64,000 nt of DNA, taken from contig CAXXFL010000002.1 in the NCBI GenBank assembly GCA_963674965.2, forward strand, positions 224,001 through 288,000. Reading direction: 5' to 3'. The notes beneath the pieces are model-generated. The model did not search any database, had not been told where the DNA came from, and was given only the letters and a program-made list of their open reading frames with translations. Shown one piece after another: positions 20,780-32,770 of this stretch. The stretch's first letter is position 1. Each line of letters opens with the position of its first letter. The DNA is from a bacterium (GTDB lineage: Bacteria > RBG-13-61-14 > DATKZS01). Made by a program: the position numbers and the translations under genes.

Positions 20780-21349
20780 ATGCAATATTCGAACGTCTAC
20801 CTATTGGCCATGGGTATAGCGATACTTATTCTTACGGGATGTAATCAAGTCAAGCACGAACAGAATAATGAGGCACGGATATCGCTTTCAATGGCTGAAA
20901 GCGTCCTTGTGAAGGAATCACTAGTTGGAGTGTCACTCGGTGAAGAGTATGAAACGATCATAAACAATTTTGGGGAGCCTGATGAAACGGTTTGTGAAGG
21001 TCAATGTATAAACAACGGCTGTACCTACTTCATTCACACATTCGCGTCACGGAATTTGAGGATATTCGAGTGTCGTTACGGAAAGTCAAAGGAGCCAGGA
21101 CATGTATCAGATATAATTGTATCAGGGGACTCCAAGGCTGAAACGGCGCGGGGCATAAGCATAGGCTCAAACAGGTCCCAAATATTGCAGGCTTACGGCC
21201 ATTTGGTTTCTTGCGAGGAAGACCACTGCAGCGTCCAAGATGATAATAAACTGAATCTTCCATGGAAGAAATCCAGGATTCTGTTGTCTTTTGATATGAT
21301 AGGAGACAAGGTGGCAACAATAGCTCTTCGAGATAATCTTTGTCTTTGA
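20780..21349 (+). CDS. Low-GC hypothetical lipoprotein
   Basis: RBS AAGGAG, lipobox LTGC, two GVSLG/GISIG...YG repeats. Confidence 0.7.
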   Translation: MQYSNVYLLAMGIAILILTGCNQVKHEQNNEARISLSMAESVLVKESLVGVSLGEEYETIINNFGEPDETVCEGQCINNGCTYFIHTFASRNLRIFECRYGKSKEPGHVSDIIVSGDSKAETARGISIGSNRSQILQAYGHLVSCEEDHCSVQDDNKLNLPWKKSRILLSFDMIGDKVATIALRDNLCL

Positions 21350-21927
21350 AATATTTTTTTTGACAATAAGATTTGTCTAGAAACCGAACTGGGAGTAGAT
21401 GTAGATTAGAGGCCTGGATACTCCTACCAAGATTATGCTTTACTGCCATGCGATAATCTCAAGTCACTCTTGTCCAAGATAGCTTTTAATTAATATTGTT
21501 ATCAAAACGCGTCATTTGCAGACATTCGACTTCAAAGGGGAGATTTTGCATTTGATTGCAATGTACGCGGGTTCACTCCCGTGTAAATTTTTACATAGCC
21601 GTTCCTTGTTTTGCACATTGTCGGTTTTTAACGGATGACTCGTCCGTTTTCGAAGAAACCGGGCGGGACCCTCAGCCGCGAAAGCCGTATGGCTCTCTGA
21701 TATAAGGACTCGGGCGGAGGTTGTAAAGGACTCACGCGATTTCCGTTTCACTTATTCAACCGCTTTTTTGCCCTTGCGTTGGATTTTGTTTGACCTTATG
21801 ATAATCGGTTAAATTCGGCCGCCTTCCAGCCGGGAGGCGAGGCGTGGAATCCGGACAAATCCACATATACGCGAGGCGCGATCAATAAAGAAAAGAACGG
21901 CAATGGTCCGTTCAGAGGGAGGAGTTT

Positions 21928-23442
21928 ATGGCGAGTTTCGACAACGAACGGTATTTAAAGGCCCAGACCGAGGCCATCAGGAAACGCATCGACCTTTTCA
22001 AGGGCAAGCTCTACCTGGAGTTCGGCGGGAAGATGATCCTGGACATGCACGCCTCGAGGGTCCTTCCCGGGTACGACCCCAACGTGAAGATCAAGCTCCT
22101 CACCCGGCTCAAGGACATACTCGAGATAATCTACTGCATCCACGCCGGCGACATCGAGAAGGGCCGCATACGCGGCGACTTTGGTCTTCCCTACGACACG
22201 GCCACCCTTCGCACCTTCGACGACCTTGAGGACTTCGGCTTCAAAATCTCCGCCGTCATCGTGAACCGCTACCGGGGGGAAAGGAGCGCGGAGAAGTTCA
22301 TCGGTTTCCTTAACAGGAGGGGCATTCGCGTTTACACCCAGCCCTCGATAGACGGCTACCCCTCGGACGTTGAGAAGATAGTCAGCCCGGAGGGATACGG
22401 CAAGAACCCCTTCGTGGAGACGATAAAACCCCTGGTGATCGTTACGGGCGCCGGTCCCGGCAGCGGCAAGATGTCCACCTGCCTCTCCCAGGTTTACCAC
22501 CATCATCTGATGGGGGAATGCGCTGGTTTCGCCAAGTTCGAGACTTTTCCCATTTGGGACCTTCCACTCAAGCACCCCGTCAACATCGCCTACGAGGCGG
22601 CCACCGCCGACCTGCAGGACGTGAACATGGTTGACCCCTTCCACCTTTCCGAGTACAACGTGACCGCCATCAACTACAACCGGGACGTGGAGAACTTCCC
22701 CATTTTGAAGAAGATCATCACCCGGATCAGCGACGAGAACTCGCCCATGAACTCCTATAAGTCTCCCACCGACATGGGCGTCAACATGGCCCGGCAGGGG
22801 ATAGTGGACGACGAGGGCGTGGCCGAGGCGGCCAGGCAGGAGATAGTACGGCGATATTTTCGCTACTCCCGCGAGTTCAAGCAGGGCCTGGAGAAAAAGG
22901 AGACCGTGGACATAGCCGAGAAACTGATGCAGGAGGTGGGGATCAAGCCCGCGGACCGGCCCACCGTTCCCGCCGCCCGCGAGGCCGCCGAGAAGGCCAG
23001 GGAACTGGGCAAGGGCAACCGGGGCGTATACTGCGGGGCCGCGCTCCAGTTAAAGGACGGCCGCGTTATCGTGGGCATGAACACCCCTCTCATGCGCTCG
23101 GAGTCGGCGGCCATCCTGAACGCCGTCAAGGTCCTGGCCGGCATTCCCCGCGAGATAGACCTCTTGCCCGAGCTCATCATCCAGAAAATAGCGACCTTGA
23201 AAAAGAACATCATGGGTCGAAAGTCGGAGAGCCTGAACGTGCAGGAGGTCATTATCGCCCTGACCATCAGCGCGGCCCTCAGCCCCGCCAGCGAGGTCTG
23301 CCTGCACAAGCTCGAGGAGCTTGACGGCTGCGAGTTCCACTCGAGCCACGTTCTCGGCAAGGGAGATGAGGACGGCCTCAGGCGCCTCAAGCTCAACGTG
23401 ACCACCGACGGACTGCCCACCTCGAGGGGCTTTTATTACTGA
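21928..23442 (+). CDS. DUF1846 (UPF0371) P-loop protein
   Basis: FDNERYL, KLYLEFGGK, GPGSGKMSTCLSQ, AKFETFPIW and YKSPTDMGVN. Confidence 0.9.
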   Translation: MASFDNERYLKAQTEAIRKRIDLFKGKLYLEFGGKMILDMHASRVLPGYDPNVKIKLLTRLKDILEIIYCIHAGDIEKGRIRGDFGLPYDTATLRTFDDLEDFGFKISAVIVNRYRGERSAEKFIGFLNRRGIRVYTQPSIDGYPSDVEKIVSPEGYGKNPFVETIKPLVIVTGAGPGSGKMSTCLSQVYHHHLMGECAGFAKFETFPIWDLPLKHPVNIAYEAATADLQDVNMVDPFHLSEYNVTAINYNRDVENFPILKKIITRISDENSPMNSYKSPTDMGVNMARQGIVDDEGVAEAARQEIVRRYFRYSREFKQGLEKKETVDIAEKLMQEVGIKPADRPTVPAAREAAEKARELGKGNRGVYCGAALQLKDGRVIVGMNTPLMRSESAAILNAVKVLAGIPREIDLLPELIIQKIATLKKNIMGRKSESLNVQEVIIALTISAALSPASEVCLHKLEELDGCEFHSSHVLGKGDEDGLRRLKLNVTTDGLPTSRGFYY

Positions 23443-23458
23443 AGCGCGGCCATCAGGG

Positions 23459-24145
23459 TCAGTACGGGGTCCTCCCGAAAAGGAACTCGTGGCCCCAGAA
23501 AATCATGGCGAAATAAATCAGCGAGGCGACCACCAGAAGCGATACGCTGATCTCGGTGGGATCGAGTCTGGTCTTTCCCCTGACCACGGCGGCGAAGGGG
23601 AAGACGGAGGTCTTTCTCGCGTACTCGGCAAAGGCCTCGCCTTTTTCCCGGGCCTTCCTGGCGTCCTGATGATACGCGCCGATGAAGCCGACCACGAAGA
23701 GGGAGCCGAAAAAGAAGACCGGTCCCACCGAGCCGTTGGTCAGCAAATGAGCGACGCCCAGGCAGGCAAAGCCCATGTTCATGGGATGCCGCGTGATCCT
23801 GGTCATGCCCAGGGGCTCGAGCTTGGCCGGCGCCATGCCCGTGGGACTGGGCTGGGCCGCGGCGAAGACTATCAAGACGATGGCCGCGAACATGAGGATG
23901 TACGCGGCCGGATAGGCCGCCCAGCCGGGAAGGGCCCACAATACCGATCCCATCGAGGCCTCGTCGGCCGTAACGAGCATGTACCCGGCGCCCACCAGCG
24001 TGACCAGGCTGATAATGGAATAGATGGCCCGAAATCCCATCAACCCGAACTTCTTAACCTGCATTTCCCGAATGCCGCCGTGCGAGAGCAGGATATGGGT
24101 CGCCGCGAAGAAAACGCTCAGTACCACCACTAAAACGAGTTTCAT
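23459..24145 (-). CDS. NnrU family membrane protein
   Basis: FFAATH, RITRHPM and TSVFPFAA with several TM helices. Confidence 0.85.
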   Translation of the reverse strand: MKLVLVVVLSVFFAATHILLSHGGIREMQVKKFGLMGFRAIYSIISLVTLVGAGYMLVTADEASMGSVLWALPGWAAYPAAYILMFAAIVLIVFAAAQPSPTGMAPAKLEPLGMTRITRHPMNMGFACLGVAHLLTNGSVGPVFFFGSLFVVGFIGAYHQDARKAREKGEAFAEYARKTSVFPFAAVVRGKTRLDPTEISVSLLVVASLIYFAMIFWGHEFLFGRTPY

Positions 24146-24267
24146 TGCCATTCCTCCTTGTTCCCTTTTGGAAACGGATTCAAGGCTAAGTTTCCAACTT
24201 ACGGAAACTCTTGTCAATAGAAGAAGACCACTTTGTTGACTTGCCTTGGACCCTTCATTAAATTGGT

Positions 24268-25761
24268 ATGATGCCAAGTTCAAGTCGCGAGGGCGGCCGC
24301 TCTTTAATCTTGCCGGCCGCCTTGGTCCTTACCATCGCCTACCTGGCGGCCCTGTCCTTTACTCCGGATTTCCTTATCGGGACTCCCGAGTACAAGTGGC
24401 CCGTGCTGAAACACGGCCAGCTCTCGCGTCTTCCCCTCGCCGCCCTGGTCATGGCCCTGGCCTCCGCCGCGTCGCTTCTTCTGTTCCGCGAGGTCAAGGA
24501 GATAGCCGCCGCCAAATGGGGACGGGCTAAAATATTCGCGGCGCTTTTCCTTATCGGCGCAGGCTTCCAGACCGGGCCGGCCCTGGTCCATAAGATGGGC
24601 GCCATCGAGCTTCCGCTTCGGGTCTATCTTCCCGACCACACCTCATATTTCACCGACGCGGCCAAGATCGGGGACGCGGGGGAATGGGCCAGAAACTTCC
24701 CGAAAAACGTGAAGAACATGGCCACCCATACCAGGACCCATCCTCCCGGCGCCACCCTTCTTTTCCTGGCGGTCCAGAGAATGATGGAGCGGACGCCAGC
24801 GCTTTCCGAGGCCTACGTGGACCACGCGCCCAGGAGCGCCGAGGCCATGAAGAGGTTCGGGCTATCGCCCAGCCAGGTAACGGCCGGGGCCTTTAGCGCC
24901 TTGCTGCTTTTCCTGGCGTCGGCCTCCGCGGCGCCCCTTACCTTCGCCATCGCCAGGATCATGATGGACGATAAATCGGCGTTACTCGCGACGGCGCTAT
25001 TCGCGGCCGGACCGGTTTTCGCCCACAAGACGCCCGTGCTCGACCACTTGTTGGGAGTTATTATCCTCCTCTCCCTCTGGCTATGCCTTTCGGCGGTCAG
25101 GCATAAGCACATGTGGCGCATCGGGTTGGCCGGGCTGTTGATGGGAACTGGGGTATGGATGGGCACGGCGGTCCTGGCGGCTTTACCCCTTTGCGCGGCC
25201 TATCTGGCGGCGGCCTTTTTCGTCTTCGCCAAAAAGGACGTAAGCTACGCGAGACTCGCCGTTCTTCTCGCCTGCTGCATACTTGTATTGATGGGGGCGG
25301 CCTTGTTTTCGATCACGCTCGTGGGCGTCGTCCTGGGCGTGGGCTTTCCCGAGGTTTACGCCGCCATCACCGAGACGGGCTGGTATAACAACAACACCGT
25401 CTCCGGCAGGGTCCACTCATGGATGTGGATAGCCTTCAACCATTACGAGGTCCTGGCCTGGGCGGGCGTCCCGGTCGCCATTATGTTCATCGTCGCGGTC
25501 GTCAGGACCGTAAACGCCGCTCGGCAGAAGAGGTTTTCCAGCGTCGATCCCTTCCTCGTGGCCCTGGTGGTATTCCTTTTAGCCCTCAACTTCTCGGGCA
25601 AGGTCTGCTACGAGGCCGCTCGCCTGACCTGGTTCTGCTTTCCCCTGATAGCCATGGCCGGGGCCAGGGAGGCCGCGGCGGAAAAAAGCGGCTGGAAGCT
25701 CCCGGCCGCCCTGGTGGCCATGCAGTCCGCGTCCACCCTGGTCTTCCGAATGATATTCTGA
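24268..25761 (+). CDS. Polytopic membrane protein, GT-C glycosyltransferase-like
   Basis: Many TM helices and THTRTHPPG loop motif. Confidence 0.65.
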   Translation: MMPSSSREGGRSLILPAALVLTIAYLAALSFTPDFLIGTPEYKWPVLKHGQLSRLPLAALVMALASAASLLLFREVKEIAAAKWGRAKIFAALFLIGAGFQTGPALVHKMGAIELPLRVYLPDHTSYFTDAAKIGDAGEWARNFPKNVKNMATHTRTHPPGATLLFLAVQRMMERTPALSEAYVDHAPRSAEAMKRFGLSPSQVTAGAFSALLLFLASASAAPLTFAIARIMMDDKSALLATALFAAGPVFAHKTPVLDHLLGVIILLSLWLCLSAVRHKHMWRIGLAGLLMGTGVWMGTAVLAALPLCAAYLAAAFFVFAKKDVSYARLAVLLACCILVLMGAALFSITLVGVVLGVGFPEVYAAITETGWYNNNTVSGRVHSWMWIAFNHYEVLAWAGVPVAIMFIVAVVRTVNAARQKRFSSVDPFLVALVVFLLALNFSGKVCYEAARLTWFCFPLIAMAGAREAAAEKSGWKLPAALVAMQSASTLVFRMIF

Positions 25762-25770
25762 TGGTCCTCG

Positions 25771-26190
25771 TCAGGAGAGGGTCTTCTTGAGGTAATCCGC
25801 CAACAGGTCGTCCTCGCTGGACTCCCCGGTCTCGTCGGCTTTTTTCGCGGCCGCTTCTTCGGCCTTGGGGGAAGGAGCGCCGGCCCCCGCGATCATAACG
25901 GCCATGTAGCCGGGCTCGACGTCATAAGGGGTCTCCCCGAAGATGCAGGAATCGAGGTAGAGGTCGGCGCCCTTTTGGGCCAGTTCCTCCTCGGTGAGCA
26001 CCATGCCCACCACGCCGTGGGGGTCCTCGCCCCCGCCGCTGACGCCGAGCACCCGGCAGGCGGGCTCGAGGCTGTATTCGCGTTTCCCCTTGGGCGTGTT
26101 TATCTCGAGGGCGTCTCCTCCCATCTTGACCTTTTCATCGTCATGCCACGAGTCGATGAGGGTCTGGGAAAAAAAGTACTTGTCGCTCAT
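25771..26190 (-). CDS. Hypothetical protein
   Basis: Overlaps the upstream gene stop (translational coupling); host-like codon use. Confidence 0.7.
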   Translation of the reverse strand: MSDKYFFSQTLIDSWHDDEKVKMGGDALEINTPKGKREYSLEPACRVLGVSGGGEDPHGVVGMVLTEEELAQKGADLYLDSCIFGETPYDVEPGYMAVMIAGAGAPSPKAEEAAAKKADETGESSEDDLLADYLKKTLS

Positions 26191-27149
26191 CCCTGTCTTC
26201 TCCGCTCCCTCTCCTCGGCCACGGCCATCATGAGGAGGGGGAACATTATCTCGTGGTGTCCGGTCAGCCTGTACCCTTTTCCTCCCGTGCGGGTAGGCCG
26301 TCCCACCACGTTGACGTTAGGCCGGTAGTGCTGGATAAAATCCATGTTGACGGTGGTGAAGGTAAGAGGACCGCTGGTCTTGTTGCGCGAGAGGCTGATG
26401 GCCTTGAGGAAAACCTCGGGCAACACCACCGCCGAGCCCAGGTTGATATACACCCCGCCCTCGAGATCGGATACCATGGACGTGAAGATGAGGAAATCCC
26501 TGAGCGATCCCTTGCCGATGGCGGCCCCGTCGGCGGCCGGGTGCATGTGTATTATGTCCGAGCCCATCGAGACGTGGACCGTGACCGGCGCCTCCAGCCT
26601 CGCCGCCTGGGCCAGGAGGCTCATGTCCTTGTAAGCCGCCTCCGAGCCCAAAATGGCCTCCCCCACGGCCCGGCCCAGGCCCACGTCCTCGGCGCCGCAG
26701 CGAGAGATCACCCGGTTGAGCCAGTCGCCCGTCTCCCGCGTCATGCCGAACATGCCCGTGTCCAGCACCTCGGCCACGTCCTCGCTGGTGTTGCCCGCGA
26801 AGGCTATCTCGAAGTCGTGGATTATACACGAGCCGTTCATGGCCAGGCCCGTGATCACGCCCCGCTCCATCATCCCGATAATGAGGGGAGACAGGCCCAC
26901 CTTGATCACGTGTCCGCCCATGCCCAGGATCACGGGGCAGTTGTTCTCCCGGGCGTCGGCGATGGCCCTGGCTATGTCTCGCACGTCCTTGGCCGCCAGT
27001 ATCTGGGGCAGGGAGTCGAACCACTCGCCAAAGGTCATGCCCTGGAAAATCTTTCCCGCGAAGGCCCTCTCGTTCACCTTGCTCGGGCGCTCGGTGATGG
27101 ACACCGTGCGGATGCCGGCGGGGTTGAAGGGGTTTTTCGGATCAGCCAT
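26187..27149 (-). CDS. Deoxyhypusine-synthase-like conserved protein
   Basis: GMGGHVIKVG, IIHDFEIA, GSAVVLPEVFLKA and GHHEIM; coupled to gmhA. Confidence 0.7.
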   Translation of the reverse strand: MADPKNPFNPAGIRTVSITERPSKVNERAFAGKIFQGMTFGEWFDSLPQILAAKDVRDIARAIADARENNCPVILGMGGHVIKVGLSPLIIGMMERGVITGLAMNGSCIIHDFEIAFAGNTSEDVAEVLDTGMFGMTRETGDWLNRVISRCGAEDVGLGRAVGEAILGSEAAYKDMSLLAQAARLEAPVTVHVSMGSDIIHMHPAADGAAIGKGSLRDFLIFTSMVSDLEGGVYINLGSAVVLPEVFLKAISLSRNKTSGPLTFTTVNMDFIQHYRPNVNVVGRPTRTGGKGYRLTGHHEIMFPLLMMAVAEERERRRQG

Positions 27150-27732
27150 CCGCCTTGCCCCCGAATAGCTCCCGCTCGACCGCCTCGCAAATTATATGGG
27201 ACGCCATGAGGTGAATCTCCTGGACCACGGCGGTCACGTCGTCGTCCACCCACAGGCAGTGGTCGCAAATCTCGCCGATCTTCGAGCCGGGCCTTCCAGC
27301 CATGCCCAGGGTTTTAAGGCCCATCTGCCTGGCGGCCTCGAGGGCGAGGATCACGTTTTTCGAGGTCCCGCTGGTGGACAGGCCCCAGGCCAGGTCGCCG
27401 GGCCGTCCCAGGGCCTTGACCTGCTTGACGTAGACCTCGTCGAAGCTGTAGTCGTTGGCGATGCTGGTCAGGTTCGAGGTGTCCGTGGTCAGCGCGATGG
27501 CGCCGAGCGGCTCGCGGTCGAGCACCATGCGGTTCACGAACTCGGCCGCTATGTGCTGGGCCTCGGCGGCGGACCCGCCGTTGCCGAAGAGGAGGACCTT
27601 GCCCCCGTTCCGATAGGTATCCAGAACCATGTCGATGGCCCTGGCCAGGTCCTCGGCCCTTTTCTCGGCGTAGAGCCGCGCCGCGTCGCTGGTCCGGATG
27701 ACGCGCGTTTTAATCGATTCCAGGTTGGCCAT
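27142..27732 (-). CDS. gmhA: Phosphoheptose isomerase
   Basis: GNGGSAAEAQHIAAEF, IANDYSF, STSGTS and QEIH. Confidence 0.95.
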   Translation of the reverse strand: MANLESIKTRVIRTSDAARLYAEKRAEDLARAIDMVLDTYRNGGKVLLFGNGGSAAEAQHIAAEFVNRMVLDREPLGAIALTTDTSNLTSIANDYSFDEVYVKQVKALGRPGDLAWGLSTSGTSKNVILALEAARQMGLKTLGMAGRPGSKIGEICDHCLWVDDDVTAVVQEIHLMASHIICEAVERELFGGKADG

Positions 27733-27848
27733 GTAATTCCCCTTGATTAATTTATCCTGAAAGGCCGGCGGCGGTCAAGAAGGCCGCCTCAAAAGAATCC
27801 CGCCGGAGACTGGATGGTCCCCGGCGGGTTGTTAGGACGCGTTACGAG

Positions 27849-29945
<2,097 letters not shown>

Positions 29946-29959
29946 TTACCAATACCTCC

Positions 29960-30532
29960 TTACTCTTTTTTACTCGAATTGAACTTATTCATGGCCGGTT
30001 CGATCCCCTCGCTCATGGCGAAGAGGGCCGCCTCGGCCCCAATCTCGATAGCCTCTTTTATCTTTTCCAAATCTTCCGGCCCGAAGGTCTCGAGAACGTG
30101 GTCTATGGTGTCCCCTTCTCTTCCGGGCTTTCCGATCCCGATCCTGACCCTGGCGAACTGGTTGGTACCCAGTTTTTCCATGATGGAGGCGAGTCCCTTA
30201 TGGCCTCCGGTTCCTCCTCCCCTTTTCACCTTGACCCTGCCGGGCGCAAGGTCGAGGTCGTCGTGAACGACCAGGAGATTATCTTTCTTAATCCGGAGCG
30301 AGTCAAGCGCGGCTTTGACGCTTACGCCGCTCAGGTTCATATAGGTGCGGGGCTTAATAAGGACCAGGTCTTGTCCCTTGTATTTCCCCTTGCCAACCCT
30401 TGCCTTGTAATTGAATCCTCTTATCTTGATCCCGGCCAGCTCGGCTATCCGGTCCACGACCATGAACCCGGCGTTATGCCTGGTGAGCCGGTATTTCCGG
30501 CCGGGGTTTCCAAGTCCCACGATAAGGTACAA
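29960..30532 (-). CDS. pth: Peptidyl-tRNA hydrolase
   Basis: LIVGLGNPG, TRHNAGF, HDDLDL and GGHKGL. Confidence 0.97.
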   Translation of the reverse strand: MYLIVGLGNPGRKYRLTRHNAGFMVVDRIAELAGIKIRGFNYKARVGKGKYKGQDLVLIKPRTYMNLSGVSVKAALDSLRIKKDNLLVVHDDLDLAPGRVKVKRGGGTGGHKGLASIMEKLGTNQFARVRIGIGKPGREGDTIDHVLETFGPEDLEKIKEAIEIGAEAALFAMSEGIEPAMNKFNSSKKE

Positions 30533-30573
30533 TTAGCGTCCCATGAGCCAGGAGTCGGAGAAAATCCTCGTTC

Positions 30574-31242
30574 CTAGTTCTCCTCCGCCTTTTTATCCTC
30601 GGCGGCCTCTCCCTCGGCCTCGCCTTCCTCTCCCTCGGCGCCCACTCCGGCGGCCCGCTCAGCCACACGGGGAGCGGCGATGGAAACGACGGATGCCTGC
30701 ATCTCGCCGAGTATCTCGATGCCCTCGCCCACCTCGAGCTCGCTGGTCTTGAGGGCGTCGCCGATTTTCATCTTGGCCACGTCGATGACGATCTCGACGG
30801 GTATCTTCTCGGGCACGCACTTGATCTCGAGGTGGCGGAGGTGCTGGTCGAGCGTCCCGCCCAGGTCCACGCCGATGGCGTGTCCCTTAACCGTGATGGG
30901 GATCACGGTCCTGACCACGCGGTCGGAGTAAACCTCCATGAAGTCCACGTGGAGGAACTCGCGCGTAAGAGGATGGCGCTGGATTTCCTTGACCATCGCC
31001 TTCTTGCCGTCGAGGCCCTCGTGGTCCGCCGTCAAAACGATAATGGTGTTCTTGAGCTTGGGAGTGTCAAGGGCGTCCACCAGGTCGTCCGGGTCCACGC
31101 TGAGGGCCACCGCCTCGGACTTGGAGCCGTAAAACACGCCGGGGATGCGCCCGGATTTCCTGAGTTTTCTCGCCACGCCCTTTCCCTTGGCCGAGCGATA
31201 CTCGACTTTCATTTCCCTTATGCCTTCCGCGTTGTTGTTCAC
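30574..31242 (-). CDS. rplY: 50S ribosomal protein L25/Ctc
   Basis: GKGVARKLR, IPGVFYG and HVDF; between prs and pth. Confidence 0.96.
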   Translation of the reverse strand: MNNNAEGIREMKVEYRSAKGKGVARKLRKSGRIPGVFYGSKSEAVALSVDPDDLVDALDTPKLKNTIIVLTADHEGLDGKKAMVKEIQRHPLTREFLHVDFMEVYSDRVVRTVIPITVKGHAIGVDLGGTLDQHLRHLEIKCVPEKIPVEIVIDVAKMKIGDALKTSELEVGEGIEILGEMQASVVSIAAPRVAERAAGVGAEGEEGEAEGEAAEDKKAEEN

Positions 31243-31322
31243 TTTTTCAAACCTTCCTTGTAGTGAAGTAAGGCGTCCTTTGTTCCCGCGCTCTTGTAAC
31301 GGGAACGAGTAATATCTTGGCT

Positions 31323-32264
31323 TTAAACGAAAAGCGAAGACACGGAGTCGCCTTTATGGATCCTTTTTATGGTCTCGCCCAATATGGACGCGACCGAGAG
31401 CACTTTAAACTTGTCTATCATCTTCTCCGGCGGAATGGGCACGGTGTCGGTGACCGTGACCTCGATCAGGTCGCTCTTGGCCAGCCTTTCCCTGGCCGGT
31501 CCCGAGAGCACGGCGTGGGCGCCCATGGCCCGGACTTCCCTGGCGCCCTTGTCCAGGAGAATGCGGGCCGCCTGGGTGATGCTTCCGGCCGTGTCGATGA
31601 TGTCGTCAACCAGGACGCAGCATTTGCCGCGCACGTCGCCGATGACGTTGAACATCTCCGTGGCGTCCCTGTTGCCCACCCGCCTCTTGTCCACGATGGC
31701 CAGGTCGGCGCCCATCCTCTTGCCGTAGGCCCTGGCCCGGGCCACGCCGCCCGCGTCGGGGCTGACGATCACCAGGTCTTTGAAGTCCCTCTCCTGGAGG
31801 TACTTGATGAAGATGGGCAGGGCGTACAGATGGTCCACGGGAATGTTGAAGAACCCCTGGATGGCCTCGGCGTGGAGGTCCATGCAGATGATGCGGTCGG
31901 CGCCCGCGGCCGAGATTATATCCGCGATGAGCTTGGCCGTGATGGGCACTCGGGGCTGGTCCTTTTTGTCCGACCGGGCGTAGGCGTAATAGGGCAGCAC
32001 CGCGGTGATCGAGTTGGCGCTGGCCCTTTTGCAGGCGTCGAGCACGATAAGGAGTTCCATGATGTTGTCGTTCACCGGCCTGCAGGTGGGCTGGATAACG
32101 AAAACGTCCCTTTTCCTTATGTTCTCGTTGATCTTGCAAAAGGTGTTGTCGTTGGCGAACTTGAATATTTCCAGGTCCGCCAGGGGCACGCCTATGTAGG
32201 CGCTTATTTTTTGCGCCAACTCGGGGTGGGCCGTGCCCGCAAGCAGTATCAAGCCGTTTTCCAT
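31323..32264 (-). CDS. prs: Ribose-phosphate pyrophosphokinase
   Basis: PYYAYARSDKK, DLHA, VSPDAGG and VDDIIDTAGS. Confidence 0.97.
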   Translation of the reverse strand: MENGLILLAGTAHPELAQKISAYIGVPLADLEIFKFANDNTFCKINENIRKRDVFVIQPTCRPVNDNIMELLIVLDACKRASANSITAVLPYYAYARSDKKDQPRVPITAKLIADIISAAGADRIICMDLHAEAIQGFFNIPVDHLYALPIFIKYLQERDFKDLVIVSPDAGGVARARAYGKRMGADLAIVDKRRVGNRDATEMFNVIGDVRGKCCVLVDDIIDTAGSITQAARILLDKGAREVRAMGAHAVLSGPARERLAKSDLIEVTVTDTVPIPPEKMIDKFKVLSVASILGETIKRIHKGDSVSSLFV

Positions 32265-32290
32265 CAGACACCTCTCGTCTGAGACCATTT

Positions 32291-32364
32291 TGGCTGGGGC
32301 GGCAGGATTCGAACCTGCAGTGCGGGATCCAAAGTCCCGTGTCTTGCCATTTGACGACGCCCCA
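32291..32364 (-). tRNA. tRNA-Gln(TTG)
   Basis: TGGGGCG acceptor stem, anticodon loop CT-TTG-GA, GGTTCGAATCC T-loop, encoded CCA; canonical ispE-tRNA-Gln-prs position. Confidence 0.95.
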
Positions 32365-32398
32365 ATCGGGATGGTCGCCCCTTAAAACGCCCTGGGCG

Positions 32399-32734
32399 TT
32401 ATTTAGCCGGAGCTTCCTCCGGCCGATTGGCGTTTTCCTTTTCCTCGCCGGAAGGCCGGGATTTTTTCGCCCGCCTTTTCTCCTCCGATTTTCTATAGGC
32501 CTTCAGCACGGCCGCTTCCAGTTCATCCCTGGCCTCCCGGTTGATCGGGTGCGCCACGTCCCGGAAGGAACCGTCTCTTCGTCTCTTGCTGGGCATGGCG
32601 ACGAAGAGACCGCTTGGCCCCATTATAACTTTAACGTCGCGAACCACGAAGCTCTGATCGAGCACGATGGTCACGTACGCCTTAAGTTGCTCTTTATCGT
32701 CCACCGGCGTCACTTTTACTTCAGTGATCTTCAT
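32399..32734 (-). CDS. spoVG: SpoVG family RNA/DNA-binding protein
   Basis: MKITEVKV, GLFVAMPSK and FRDVAHPIN. Confidence 0.93.
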   Translation of the reverse strand: MKITEVKVTPVDDKEQLKAYVTIVLDQSFVVRDVKVIMGPSGLFVAMPSKRRRDGSFRDVAHPINREARDELEAAVLKAYRKSEEKRRAKKSRPSGEEKENANRPEEAPAK

Positions 32735-32770
32735 AACCCTACTCCTTAACCGGGCCCAGGGAAAAATTCT

